In this document: one piece after another, positions 1 through 12,230 of the stretch
Layout: each line of letters starts with the position of its first letter
Numbering within the stretch: the stretch's first letter is position 1
Origin: Trichoplax adhaerens
Taxonomy: Eukaryota > Animalia > Placozoa
DNA: 64,000 nt
Assembly (NCBI RefSeq): GCF_000150275.1
Contig: NW_002060953.1
Location: 1,461,693-1,525,692, forward strand
Direction of reading: 5' to 3'
Translations under genes and position numbers: made by a program
The notes under the pieces: model-generated
Database searches by the model: none
What the model was told of the DNA's origin: nothing
The model's input: the letters and a program-made list of their open reading frames with translations, nothing else

Positions 1-1010
1 ATTGTTTTCCCATCCCGTTTTAAATTATGGGTAGATATAACTCAATAATGATTATCATATAATTCTACAACTGGAGGAATCATAACAATACTAGCTGTCG
101 TTTAATTTACAATTGCAAGAGAAAAGTAGATGGCAGAACAATCAACAAGTTGACAGATCACAAGGTGGCAGATAATAATTCTATCCAATCTACCTTAGCA
201 TTGTTTGATGCTATTCAAATCATATTAATTATTGTTATCTATCCTTATCATAATGCCCAATAGCATGTTGTGTATTTGATTGACTACCGAATTTAAATGA
301 TAAATTTGTTTGTTTAATTAGTCGACTCGATTGTATATATTTACGCTATGTTCACCTTTCTGATGTGGCAGCAACACCCTCTCGACCAGTATAGTTTACT
401 ACATCATCTTGGATTGACATATTGAAAAGTGGGCAGACATTAACAAGTACTAATACTTATGTTAAAAGGGATATATACCCAAGTTGAGAATAGTATTATT
501 GTGAAGTTGGGCATATTCCTGTTTAGTAAGGTCGTTAATGGATGTGTTTTGACCGATGGTATGTTTTACAGATGAAATGTTATGTAAAGTGTCTTCACTA
601 TCTTGTATATAGCCGTAGAATAATAGTTTACCAATGGGATTACTTGCCTAGGTTAAAATATTGAACTGTTAACATTAACTTGAGAAACCGAACAAAATAT
701 GGAAATTTGTATTCTTCCTAACCACGTTCTAGAATCACGAATAGTGATAGCCTTCTTTTTTTTTATTTAATTTAGCATTTAGGTGAACTGCTTTCCGCTG
801 CTTTTACCCAAAGAGATTGGAAACTTGTACTTCATTTTTTTGCAAGTCATCAAGTAATTATAATCGGAAATGTGTCTTAGCTTGACCACCTAGCTAAAGA
901 CCACTGCTAATGAACTGAAGAAGGAAAGAAAAACAATCTCTTCACGTACTGTATAAACTTATCATTTACGTCACAATTACAACCCTTCCATTCAGCCCAG
1001 ATTAATCGAC

Positions 1011-2165
1011 ATGCAAGTTGTTGTTAAATCGCAATCAGGAAATTTACTGTTGCTCCAAGGTGAAGCCAACGATACTGTTCGTGATTTAAAGGAGAAGTTA
1101 TATTATCATGTACATAATCCGCCATCACAACAACGTCTAATCTATCGTGGTAAACAACTTGATGACGAAAAATTATTAACATCTTATTCTATTGCCAATA
1201 ATGCTTTAATTCGCTATTTACCAGTATCAAAGGAAGAAATTCGATTGAATTGCAACCTGTTTACGGGGCAGTTTCTATCGCTCAATGTTGAGTTAGATCA
1301 AAGCATTTGTCATGTTAAAGAACTGTTACATCAACAAACTAATATTCCTATGGAAAAACAACGATTACTATTAGCTAATAAGCAATTGAAAGATACGGAA
1401 ACATTACGTTGTTATGGAATGCAAGAAAATGATACTATCAACATGGTATTGAAATTACCTCGTCGTATACCTTTACATATTAAAATGAATCATGATAAAA
1501 CTATAACTATTGAAATCGAATCGAATAGTACTGTCGCTGACATTAAAGAAGTGGTGTTTATTAATAATAATATGCCGCCAAATAAACAACGTTTAACGTA
1601 TAACGGGAAAGTCATGCTGGATTCAACAACAGTCGATGACTATGGTCTTAAAAATTATGATACTATCTACATGATACACCGTCGGAAATCACGAAATCAA
1701 GCCGTTATTGTTCAAATGGAAAATGATCAGACTTTAAGTGTACCAGCTAAAGAAGATTCTACCATTCAAGAAATTAAACATTTAATTGAAGAACAAACAA
1801 ACATACCTTGGCGTCAACAACGATTATTACATGATGACGTTCTACTTAATAATTCCTCGACATTAGCTGATTGTCAACTGCAATTGCCTTGTCAATTGCA
1901 ATTATTTTCATCAGATATCTTGCAGATTTATATACGACTTTCAGTGGGTAAGCAATTGTCACTGGAAGTCTTAGAAATGGATAAAATTTATGATATTAAA
2001 GGTAGGATTGAAGATAAAGAAGGCATATCTATTTTACAGCAAACATTACGATTTAAAGGTAAAATTTTGAAAGATCAAACCACTCTAAAGTCTTGTGATA
2101 TCGGTAGTGGGTCTATTCTGCAACTTAAAATTAATGTAGATGATCGAAATTGTTGTGTTATGTGA
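1011..2165 (+). CDS. Intronless poly-ubiquitin-like protein (5 diverged UBL domains) with C-terminal CaaX motif (CCVM)
   Basis: The 384-aa ORF has five ~75-aa repeats with ubiquitin signatures (e.g. QQRLIYRGKQLDD, KQRLLLANKQLKD, KQRLTYNGKVMLD, QQTLRFKGKILKD). No repeat ends in Gly-Gly, and the protein ends NCCVM-stop. TATA-like TATAAA at ~952. Confidence 0.9.
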   Translation: MQVVVKSQSGNLLLLQGEANDTVRDLKEKLYYHVHNPPSQQRLIYRGKQLDDEKLLTSYSIANNALIRYLPVSKEEIRLNCNLFTGQFLSLNVELDQSICHVKELLHQQTNIPMEKQRLLLANKQLKDTETLRCYGMQENDTINMVLKLPRRIPLHIKMNHDKTITIEIESNSTVADIKEVVFINNNMPPNKQRLTYNGKVMLDSTTVDDYGLKNYDTIYMIHRRKSRNQAVIVQMENDQTLSVPAKEDSTIQEIKHLIEEQTNIPWRQQRLLHDDVLLNNSSTLADCQLQLPCQLQLFSSDILQIYIRLSVGKQLSLEVLEMDKIYDIKGRIEDKEGISILQQTLRFKGKILKDQTTLKSCDIGSGSILQLKINVDDRNCCVM

Positions 2166-2589
2166 GATATTTGCAAGGAAGGAAAGTATCTCACGGGTTA
2201 TATTCGTTATTGGTCGTCAATGTGAATCGATCGCTTATAGATGCTATTTTTGAATATAAGACTATCATGGATTTATGGTATCATTTAGATGAGGTAATAA
2301 CAGTTAGAATAGCATGTTCGATTGTAAATGTTCCTCTTCTATTGATTATAATAATAATAATGAGCTTGTTTCCTCTGCTGCGACATAAAAATGTTCATAT
2401 TATAATTCTAATGAAGACATATCATAAATAGGCTCAATAGTTCCATTAATAAGATTGCGGTTACAGATTAGTGGAGATTCGATTAATGCAAAGCCTAGTA
2501 TTGCAAGTGCAAGACGGCTTAATGTCAGAATTGCTCAATGCAATCGTGTGATAGGCTTGTATTTGATGAAATAAGAATTCGACTCCATC

Positions 2590-3210
2590 GGTAATTTTGT
2601 AATTAGGATATAACGATGGTATCATATCACCGAGGGTATAATAAATAGATACGAGTATATTACGAAGGATTGAAATTAGCACGATTATTACTGAATTAAT
2701 ATGATTCTTGGGTGACTTGATTAATGTTATACTATATATTCATCTTATTTTATTGCTAATACTGAATTAAAGTGTTTCTCGCGTGGTATGATTAGCGTTA
2801 TGCCTAATGTTATTTCATGGCTAATAAATGGCTAAAATTTTACTAGCTAGAATTGGAGTCGATAAGTAATTTTGTAATTAGAATATAGCAATTCTATCAT
2901 ATCACCTAATATATAATAAATAGATGAAAGTCTAAAGGATTACAATTACTATGATCTATGATGATAACTACTAAATTAGTATGATTTTCGTGTGACAAGA
3001 TTAGCGTTGTTTCGTGGCCAGTGAATGGCTAAAATTTTAATAGCTTGAATTTAGGTCTATCGTTAACTTTGTAATTAAGATATAACGATTGTATCGTATT
3101 ACTTAAGAGACAATAAATATATAGGATGATAGCTACTGAATGAATGTGATTCTTGCGTGGCAAGATTAGCGTTATTTCAGGGCCAGTAAATGGTTCAAAT
3201 TGGATTAGCT
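2590..3210. repeat. Degenerate tandem repeat (~3 copies of a ~200-270 bp unit)
   Basis: A block like taattttgtaattag.atata.c.at..tatcatatcacc recurs at ~2591, ~2866 and ~3064. A block like tactgaatta.tatgatt.t.gcgtg.caagattagcgtt recurs at ~2689, ~2760, ~2969 and ~3134. Confidence 0.75.
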
Positions 3211-6029
3211 ATAGTTCCAGTTATTTGCCTACGGCTAAGGGAATAATGATCGGTGTACGCGCCTGTTTTGCTAGATATGGGGTATAACTCGCTTGCAGGC
3301 TAATTCCAATCGGGCTCTAAACAACATTTATTGATATTGCATTTTCCTGCTTTTCGTCTATAGAAGTTAAGCTAATTGGAAATACGAGTTCATGGTAATC
3401 CATTTGAAATAATGGCTAACAACGTCTGCTGCAATCTTCAATTTTACACATATTTACTTAAAATATGTAAGTAGCACCTGATTACGATTTTATTTTGCCA
3501 TAGCTGATATTGACTTGTTCCAATCAAGTTTTAGCTATTGCGGCACTATCCACTCATATTATGACCAGCCACAATGATTAAGTGTAATCTTTATTTACCT
3601 TTGTAAGATATACATTCTACGTATGATATCGATTATTTTGCGTGAATGTTTTTAAATGAAGGCCATGCCCATAATTTGATTCATAGCCGCATGATATCTG
3701 AATAATTATGATTGAGTAAATGGATTGTAGTTCAGAGCGATTATCTAATGTGCCTTATAACATTTACTTCTTTTCTCATCTCTTTTTTTAAAGAAGAATT
3801 GACGGGTAGCATTAGCTTCGTTCTTTATACTATTCTTGATTGACATTATTAGCTAGTGGCTCCGATATGAAGCGCCGAGATCTTTTCTTAGTTCACATTT
3901 TCATCGTTCTAGTAAAGTAAATTCCTCCTGTTACAACATTTCTCCACCTCATTCATTGTCACTTTTCTAGTTCGAGTAGGTGGGTGTTACAAATTGGTTT
4001 TGTAACAAGAAAAGAGTTAATTAAACTAATTTTACGGTTTTATCATTAATTACCTCCAATTCTGGGGTACGTTAGTCAATCATTTTAATAGTTCACGATC
4101 ATAGCTTTTATATTCATGTAAGGATTGCACAACAGCAAAGTAGGTTATACTAGTCGTCCACTCGGGAGACGACAGCTCACGAAAAATGTTGCAAACAGGA
4201 CCTTAGTTAACGCTAGTCTATTTCTTTAAATTACTTAATATATATATATACAGATCCCCCAGTAAGTTACAGATCAATGCTTAGTATATCATATCGGTAA
4301 AGTATAGTCGTAACAGTGGGTTGTCATCAACAGGTTTAATATCCAAGTGATTAATGGTGGATAGAGGCATAACTGTCCACTTTTGTGATTGGTATACAGC
4401 ATATTAAGCCTGTACACAATACTGTACATTGGCTCGCTGATGATTCAATAATGTATTAATAAGAACATTGATTTATTCAGCGTCCTTCTTTACCCAGCAG
4501 TTATTTTGAATTCAATACTGTAGTTTTTCAATATTTTTTTTTTTAATCAGGGTTGAGGTTGATCAAGCGGTTACATTTACAGCCTACCTACGTGTATACT
4601 AGGGGTGTTTACTATCGAGTTAGGACTCAAGCTGATCTCTAAATTTCAGCAATGTTCCAGGTGATTTAACCTCACTACTGCATGCGTATGTCATTGCTTT
4701 ATCTCATGGATTTAGGCGCCTTGTGAAATGGACTTCGTGGCATGATTCTTTTCTTTAACCGGCCATCTAGGTTAGGATGCAAAGGCATGTCCACATGTGT
4801 CCAACACTGGACGCACTAGCGTGCCATTAGGGCAGATGTCCTATTGATATCGAGGACTTGTGATGAGGGTAACAGCTGGAAGAATACAATGCTAGTCACC
4901 CATCAATATTTTTACACCTTGTTATCATGGATGGATAAGATGCACCTTCATCTCTTCTACAGTATAGACACGATCGAGGTCAATAGAACCATAGAAATGG
5001 CTAGAAATATGCAAACGTTGCTGTTGTCCTTTGCAATGAAGAAAAACATTTGCCACCCATCTTGACAATGGATAGGCGATCCTGCTGTGCTGACGTGGTG
5101 ATGGAATCGATGATGCAGAAAAGGGACAAGCTCGTTGGGTTTCTTTTAGCTCTATGAATAGAATACACGTAGTAGAAAGTAGCATGTGTCATGGAAACAC
5201 TGTGGAGTTTTCTCTCTCCTCTGGTGTATGATATTGCAAATTCTAAGTCTGAAAGATGAGTGCATACATCATTGCATATACACTGTTCTTCGACCTAAAT
5301 TTAACGGACGAATGTATGATTTAGCGGTATTTTGATGGACCCATACCGTTCTTTACATCGAGGTAAGAGATTTTTCTTCCCTCGAAGACTATCTCAGGCT
5401 GTTGATTTGGATACTATGCCGTCGAAAATGACTGCGGCTCTCATGGCTCATACTCAACCATGTTGACAGCGATTTGTTCTTGAAGAGTATTTCTCTTCCA
5501 GCAGAATGACTACTATAGTACGCTACTGCATACCGTACCGTACTAGAGTGGTTGATCACATCGTTATTGAACAGTATCTTCTAGGCCACCGTACTTACCT
5601 CTAATCTCGATGCATTTCCATTCAAGAAATCGTAGATCTCCATACTCCAACTACTCCATTGGCCGTCCATTAAGGAGGCCATGGATTTATTTAGTTTATA
5701 AACTAGCCATGTTGCCATTTTTATTTTTGGAGATGAGGTCATGCTTGACCGCTGGTACGGTACCAGCGACAGGGTACGATACGGAAACGCGGACAGGCAG
5801 ACTGCAATGAACCAGTAATGAGGATGATGATACAGCCCAGCGAGTCTGATACTGTGACTATCATGCGAATGATTGATGCTGGTACTAGCGGCTCCGTGTA
5901 CAGTATAAAGTACTGTAAACTGGATACTGTAATGACAGTACTATGTATCGATACTGTCCCGGTCCCGGTCCGGACTAATCGAGTCCCTAGACTTGGCCGG
6001 AGCGATTACTTCTTCCAATCTAGCGCAAA

Positions 6030-9000
6030 ATGGCTGACAAATATCAATACGATTGGCGCCAGGATAAGTCGTTATTCCAGGCTCCAGGTAATGAAATGAT
6101 AATTATAGTTAGCGTGTTTGATAGGCAATACAATGTCCATCTCGGTTCGAGTAGAGTGTATGCATGTTTTAGACTTGACATGGTTTGATTATAAGGTGGA
6201 GTGGATAGTCCTTCGACTCCGTTTGGACAACAACAATAACAACAATTAGGCTTGACCGTAGTAAAACAGATAGAAAAGAGGGCCTAGCGTTCAAGAATCA
6301 TCATTCTAGGACAATTTATTCTTCGATTGCTATCACAGTGATCGATCAACTCCATTATACGATATAGTAGACATCAAATAAGGCACTAGGATTCACTATC
6401 GATGGAGATAAATGAAAGTAATCATGTTCATCAGTAGGGCACCAAGAGTGCTTTTACCTTACGCAAGTAGGATCGGTACTTACTATCGAGTCGACTTATT
6501 GACAACCCAACTAGGATAGAGTTGTCTACCCACTGGAAAGCGTAGACTTACTAAACTGGCAGCTTATAACTTAAAATGTCCATCTACCCATGTTGTAGCT
6601 CAATCCATACGAGTGGAAATGAGAATAGAATAAACAACAACTTGCGACCACGTCATCACACTATCACAGTGCTATCCAAATCTCTCTTGAAAAATGGCAT
6701 CAACTATGCAATTAGACCCAATAGTGAAGCCCATGGAATGGCCCTCTCCATGGAATTGCCTAGATAGAAATTCATCAACGTCAACGCTGTATGCCTACAT
6801 TATGTTGTTTAGCTTTTACTCTCCCCACAATCCGGCCCCAAATCCATTCTCAGACCTGCTGCATTAAGCATGTGAAATGGCAATGATTATTATTTTCCAT
6901 TTCCTTCAACTTGTTCTCCATGACCGATTGCTTTCCTTTCATGATTATATAATAAGGCAAGGTTGAACACTTGAAATGATTTCCTTTTACTTCCATGTCC
7001 TTCCTGAAGTAAAGGGACCTTTGTGAAGGTTGTTAGAGTCATGATTCATTTAAAATTGATCATCATGTCTGATTTATTGTATCAATGGAATTTAAAACTG
7101 TCCAAGACCGTCAAGCGAGAGAAAGTAAAACATGCTGTTTTCCTTTCTGTCAGTTTATCCGATCAGTTTGCTTCGGATTTATCCATTTCATCGATCCTTA
7201 TTTCTCTCCCATTTTATCAAATGTTTTACTGTTAAAATATCAATCAAGAGACTTTCAAGTTGAAGTGCATTCTCCGTATATAACGTTCACTGTGTAATAC
7301 AATCTCCATCAACTTATATTTGATGTTCCCTCTTTCAGTCACTACTTCCGATAGTGCTCACTGGTATGATGTAGCACCAAACCTAACGGATACCGCAAAG
7401 GAGATCAGCACGGAACATAGACTAGCCGACATGATGGGCCAGGAAAGAGAACAACAGACACGTTTACAAGCTGATGAAGCATTATTGAAAAAATTTGAAC
7501 TCGAGAAGCAAGTCAGGTGTGTAGAAATGTTGACCCACCAGTCAATGGTAGTTTACATTCCTCTTGGAAGCTACCTTTCAGAATGAAATAAATATTTTAT
7601 TACTTCTCGTTAACACTATTATTTAGAGAACGCCGAATCGACCACATACAAACTGAAATTGATACGGAGATAAGGTAACTATTGAATAAATTGACGTAAG
7701 AATGGATAAATCCAGTCGTTTGACCATAATGCTTCTTACCAAAGTGACCTTGTGATTTCAACTATCTGGTCTCATCGATACAGTCTATGCCGTAGTTATT
7801 GAATACTGTCAACTGCAAAAAATTTTAGAATAGTCTCATTATACGATCTGGCTTGTGATTAAAATGATACAGAAAGTAGCGTAATAATCATGATTAAAAC
7901 TTATGTAAATATTAATAAGTAACAGAGTACACCATGTTCGATTGTAGTCTAGCCTGAAAAACGATATCGTCATAAGTGATTGTAATGATTTAAGCTAATT
8001 ACAGTAGTTATGTCTAAGAGTTAAGAACCCATACACAATCCTGATAAACGGTTTAGGGTACAGAAATTGGGCCATCCCAAATAATTATAACATCTTTTAA
8101 ATTACAGGAGTTTTAATGAAAAATCCGATAAAGATGTCGAGGAATGGATAAAATCGCGCTATGTTGAAGCCGATGCGGCTGCATCTAGATATGCTTCTAA
8201 AACTGAAAGTAAGAACTTTGTTAGTTGATTCAAGTTTCTTTTCTAGAAGTTACATCATAGCTTAATGCACTACGACTTAAATGGTACACACAAAACTCGG
8301 TACATTTTAATATGTGATGTTGAATGTGCTACAATAGGTCAAGGAATGCGAGAGAAAGAGAATGGTCAGTATTCAATTAGAGTATTTTATGATACACTTT
8401 GTAAAGTAATATCACCATTGCTGGGAAACTTTTAAATAAGTACTGAATGCTTTTTGTAAAAATTGTTTCATTACATATTTAATGAATACCACTTTCTCAT
8501 TTTCTTATCATGTACTAGCAAAAATAGCAGAGTCATCCTCTTCTGAAGTAGTGAATGCTCCTTCTGCACCACCTTCATGTATGTGTTTTGGGAGTATAAT
8601 TTGAATTGACGTTCGATATCATAATGCAATACTTTAACCTTAGATTCTGAAATTGAATTCGAAAGTCTTGTTGCAAAAAGCCATTATCCAGTCGAATTTC
8701 AGTCCCATAAGTCAATTGAGGTAACATAGCAGGCGTAGCATCATGAGAGCTATGCGTTAATCCTTTTCGTAATAGAAGCTAGTTACAGTACATAGATTTG
8801 ATTTTAAAATATGGCAACAAACTTGTTTTCTTTAGGGACAATATGCTGCTTCTATACGGTTGCGCCCATTAAATCCTGACGCGGATAATCTGTAAGATAT
8901 CCAAGTTATATTCTTTGAGATAAATGATAAAAACTTGTGATTACAACAGGCTAGTACTGGCATGTATAATAATTGATTTATTTTATTTTATTTCTTGCTT

Positions 9001-10484
9001 GTATTCGGTACCGTTAGTTGTTGGAAATGTTACTCTCAGATTGAAGACAAGGCTGCTTGCGAAGATGCCGAAGGCAATATTTTGCACCAAGATTGCTACT
9101 TTGACATAAAATGTAAGTATTGAGATTTTTTGTATAGACTGTAATTACTAATAGCATGTATATTTGCAATTAGTAGCCTATAGTATGTAACAGTACGAAT
9201 TGAAATGAACGGTTTGTATATATATATTCCTTGATGAAGTAGATTTTTTATAACTCCCAATATTTATATTGCTATCGTAGTTCCCAAGTGCGATTGGTGC
9301 TTTTACAAAATAAGTCCTGCGGAAGATAAGGTTCGACTTATACTATTAATAACATTTTTAGCTTATCGAGAACAAATTTAAAACAGTTATTATTAATTGC
9401 ATTGAATTAAGGAAGAAGGAGTGAACTTAAACTTTGTTATTTGTAAAAAAGAAGACGAGTATTGCACTTTTCTCAAATGATTGTAAATTATCGCTAGGTA
9501 ACAAGTGCTCATCCGTGCATTTTATAAATATTTTTCAGCCTTCGTTATTTAGGCCCTCTGACTATACGATAATGTACAATGCGGAACTGTTAAATAAGAT
9601 AATAAAAAAAGCTATGATTACTTTTCATCAGGACCGGTAACCTTTTCGCGAATTGAGATCTACCAGCATAGTTTATCGTCAGACCTTTTGTAGTTACTGT
9701 AACTCGTATACAAGTGGGAACGCAACATTACTCTTTTCGTATTTTCAACCTACTATGAAGTAACTAGTTTTAATTACCCAGTGACTGACCCTAGTTACGG
9801 TAAAGGAATGACCACAACATAAAAATTATTATCCTTGAGTTACTGTACTGTATACATGTTAATAACAATCTGTCGGAGCTCATAGTAATGTTATGTATCA
9901 GCAATATTCCTTAGAATCTGTACTGCAATCATTTCAATTGGGATCTTACGTACACACTAATTGAAACATTTTTTTTCTTGATAAATTTTGAAGAAAATTT
10001 CGGGATTTTGGTGCAAATTCGAAGGTAAAAGATATCATCGAGAATGCTATGAGAAATATTCAGGTCCAAGGTCGGTTAGAAGTTAATTTATTACTTTCTA
10101 AATCCTTATCACCCTAACTAGTAATAATTGTGTCGACATGATTTATTTATTTAATTCCGCCTTCAATGGGCTGTATGCGTTATCATTATGATTATGGTTA
10201 TTGTCAGAGGCTATTTTCTTGCTGATGAAATGTATTGTAAAAATTAGGTGTACCGTTTGTTTCGATGTCATTATTACAAGACCTACTCAGGATTTCTGTG
10301 GCAAATTTATTCAAAACAATGATAAGGTATTGCCTGATTTGAAAACCTACCGTAAATTCTATATTGAAAACATTTGGATTGATATGTAAATTCTAATGCA
10401 TTATCAATATGTATTTTTAAGCTCTACCATTTGGAATGCTACAAGAAAAGAAAGCTAGCAGAATTGAAAGCACGCCGAAGTTAG
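6030..10484 (+). CDS. 13-exon gene: coiled-coil N-terminus plus three tandem CxxC-x(n)-HxxC zinc fingers (LIM-related)
   Basis: ATG at 6030 (MADKYQYDWRQ...). Exons start at ~6030, 7339, 7627, 8108, 8338, 8519, 8644, 8836, 9018, 9281, 9994, 10248 and 10422. All 12 GT-AG junctions are phase-consistent and give one open frame to TAG at 10482-10484. The C-terminus reads CWKC..HQDCY, CDWC..HRECY, CTVC..HLECY. Confidence 0.85.
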
Positions 10485-12230
10485 AAACGGAAGCTCGATT
10501 ATTATAAAGGGATTATCATACCTATAGCAACAATTTGCTGATGTACTATACGTTATCACGGAGGAATATTACTTTCTTGCCATCATTTAGATATTGTGCC
10601 CATGGTACAAACAAACAGTATTACTCGGGGCTGTAATAATATTGAATATGATTGATTATTTTCAATTTAGCATCAGTGATTGATCCTATTATAATTTATT
10701 ATTTCTAGTTGGCGCTACGCGTCGATATCATTGCTGTTGAGTCGAAAATATAAAACAGGGAACCTGTAAATTTTAATTCATTGAAAAACTTCTAGCCTCT
10801 CACTATTGTAAACTTGAGAATAAAGATTTATGCGTGTGCTAGTATGTATCCATAGTAGTGATTTTAGAGTGTAGTTACTGTAGCTAATTTCAATATGATA
10901 ACGTAGTATTGTTGAATACAGTTGTCATTTCTTCTATCGTGTAATATACTTGGACCAATGACCTTGCATTTTAATTCAATGATGAATCCACTTTTTATGA
11001 GTATATAAGACTCTTGCTGGTCGACAATAGTAATAACATTGTAAGGCTAGCGCCTATCATCATGCTCTGTATAACTTTCATTTGTAATTATCGATAGGAA
11101 ATAATATATGAGTAGTCAGACTACAGTTTTTTAACTTAATTTTAATGGAATAAAAAATTTAGAATAAGTTGAGCTGTTTGCGTTGGTTTCGGGAAGGCAT
11201 GCACAATTGAATTCTCCTGTCCTGGCAAAATTTTTTATATTAATGGTGGAAATTTGAACTTTATTAAAGCATACGAACCTACTTTAAGTGATCGTTCCCC
11301 TCTCGTAACTATACAATACTGAATTAATAATATTTAGCTGTAGTAATGTTGCATCTGCTTACGTGTCTTTAAGTCCAATTAATACACATAGGATCAAATA
11401 ACTATTAGCTATCGTGTTATAAGCGTTTGTCTGATAGTTCAAAGTGTGTAGCTCAATGCATCCATTACCCATTTCCTAATAATTGTTTTATGAATAAACG
11501 TGCTAATACGAAGGCGCTGGCTTGTGTCAACAGGTAATTTTATTACTACAGTATAACTCTACTGTACTGCTTGTCGTTGCTGATTGTGTTGGCAGCCATT
11601 AACTGTAAGTTTAAGCTTAACACATAACAGCTTTGCAAGATCCAAGATCTAATGATCATTAGCTTTGCTACTCACAAAGCTATATACTTTACAGTACTTC
11701 CAAAAGCAACTACTACAACAGTGTTTTCCTGTCAGCATACAGAAACTACAGCTAGCTTGATAAATAAATACCTAAAATGATTCTGTAGAGAAATCAACTA
11801 CTTCCCAAATTATATCAAGGTAGCGTGGAATAAATCGTATCCAGAGGATATGGTTTAATGGCCATTTTAACAGCGAACCATCACTAGAAACAGTTTAAAC
11901 TAGCTATCGATAAAGATGCCATCAGGTGGTTTTGATGGACTTGGCTAAATGGCTCACTTTGCATTAAATTATGCAAATTAAGAACTGTATAAAAACAAGT
12001 CTATAGTGTTATACTATACCGCTAGATATTATAGCATAGGGATAATACTGTTTAATAACAGGCTGTGATAACTTGTAATAACACTAAGTAATGTATTTAT
12101 ATATCATACTGGATTCAGATTTAGTTATAGCCAGCAGCAAAGTAATCTAGCATCGGCGGACTTGATCGCTTACAATTTTACTGTGTTTACTCATTTTAGA
12201 ACTACATTGATTTCATTTTGCTAGCCGAAA

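Noticed and set aside
5650-5675. Thrombospondin-1-like DGQWSSWS peptide on the minus strand
   Set aside because: No following cysteines or other TSP1 residues; likely coincidental.
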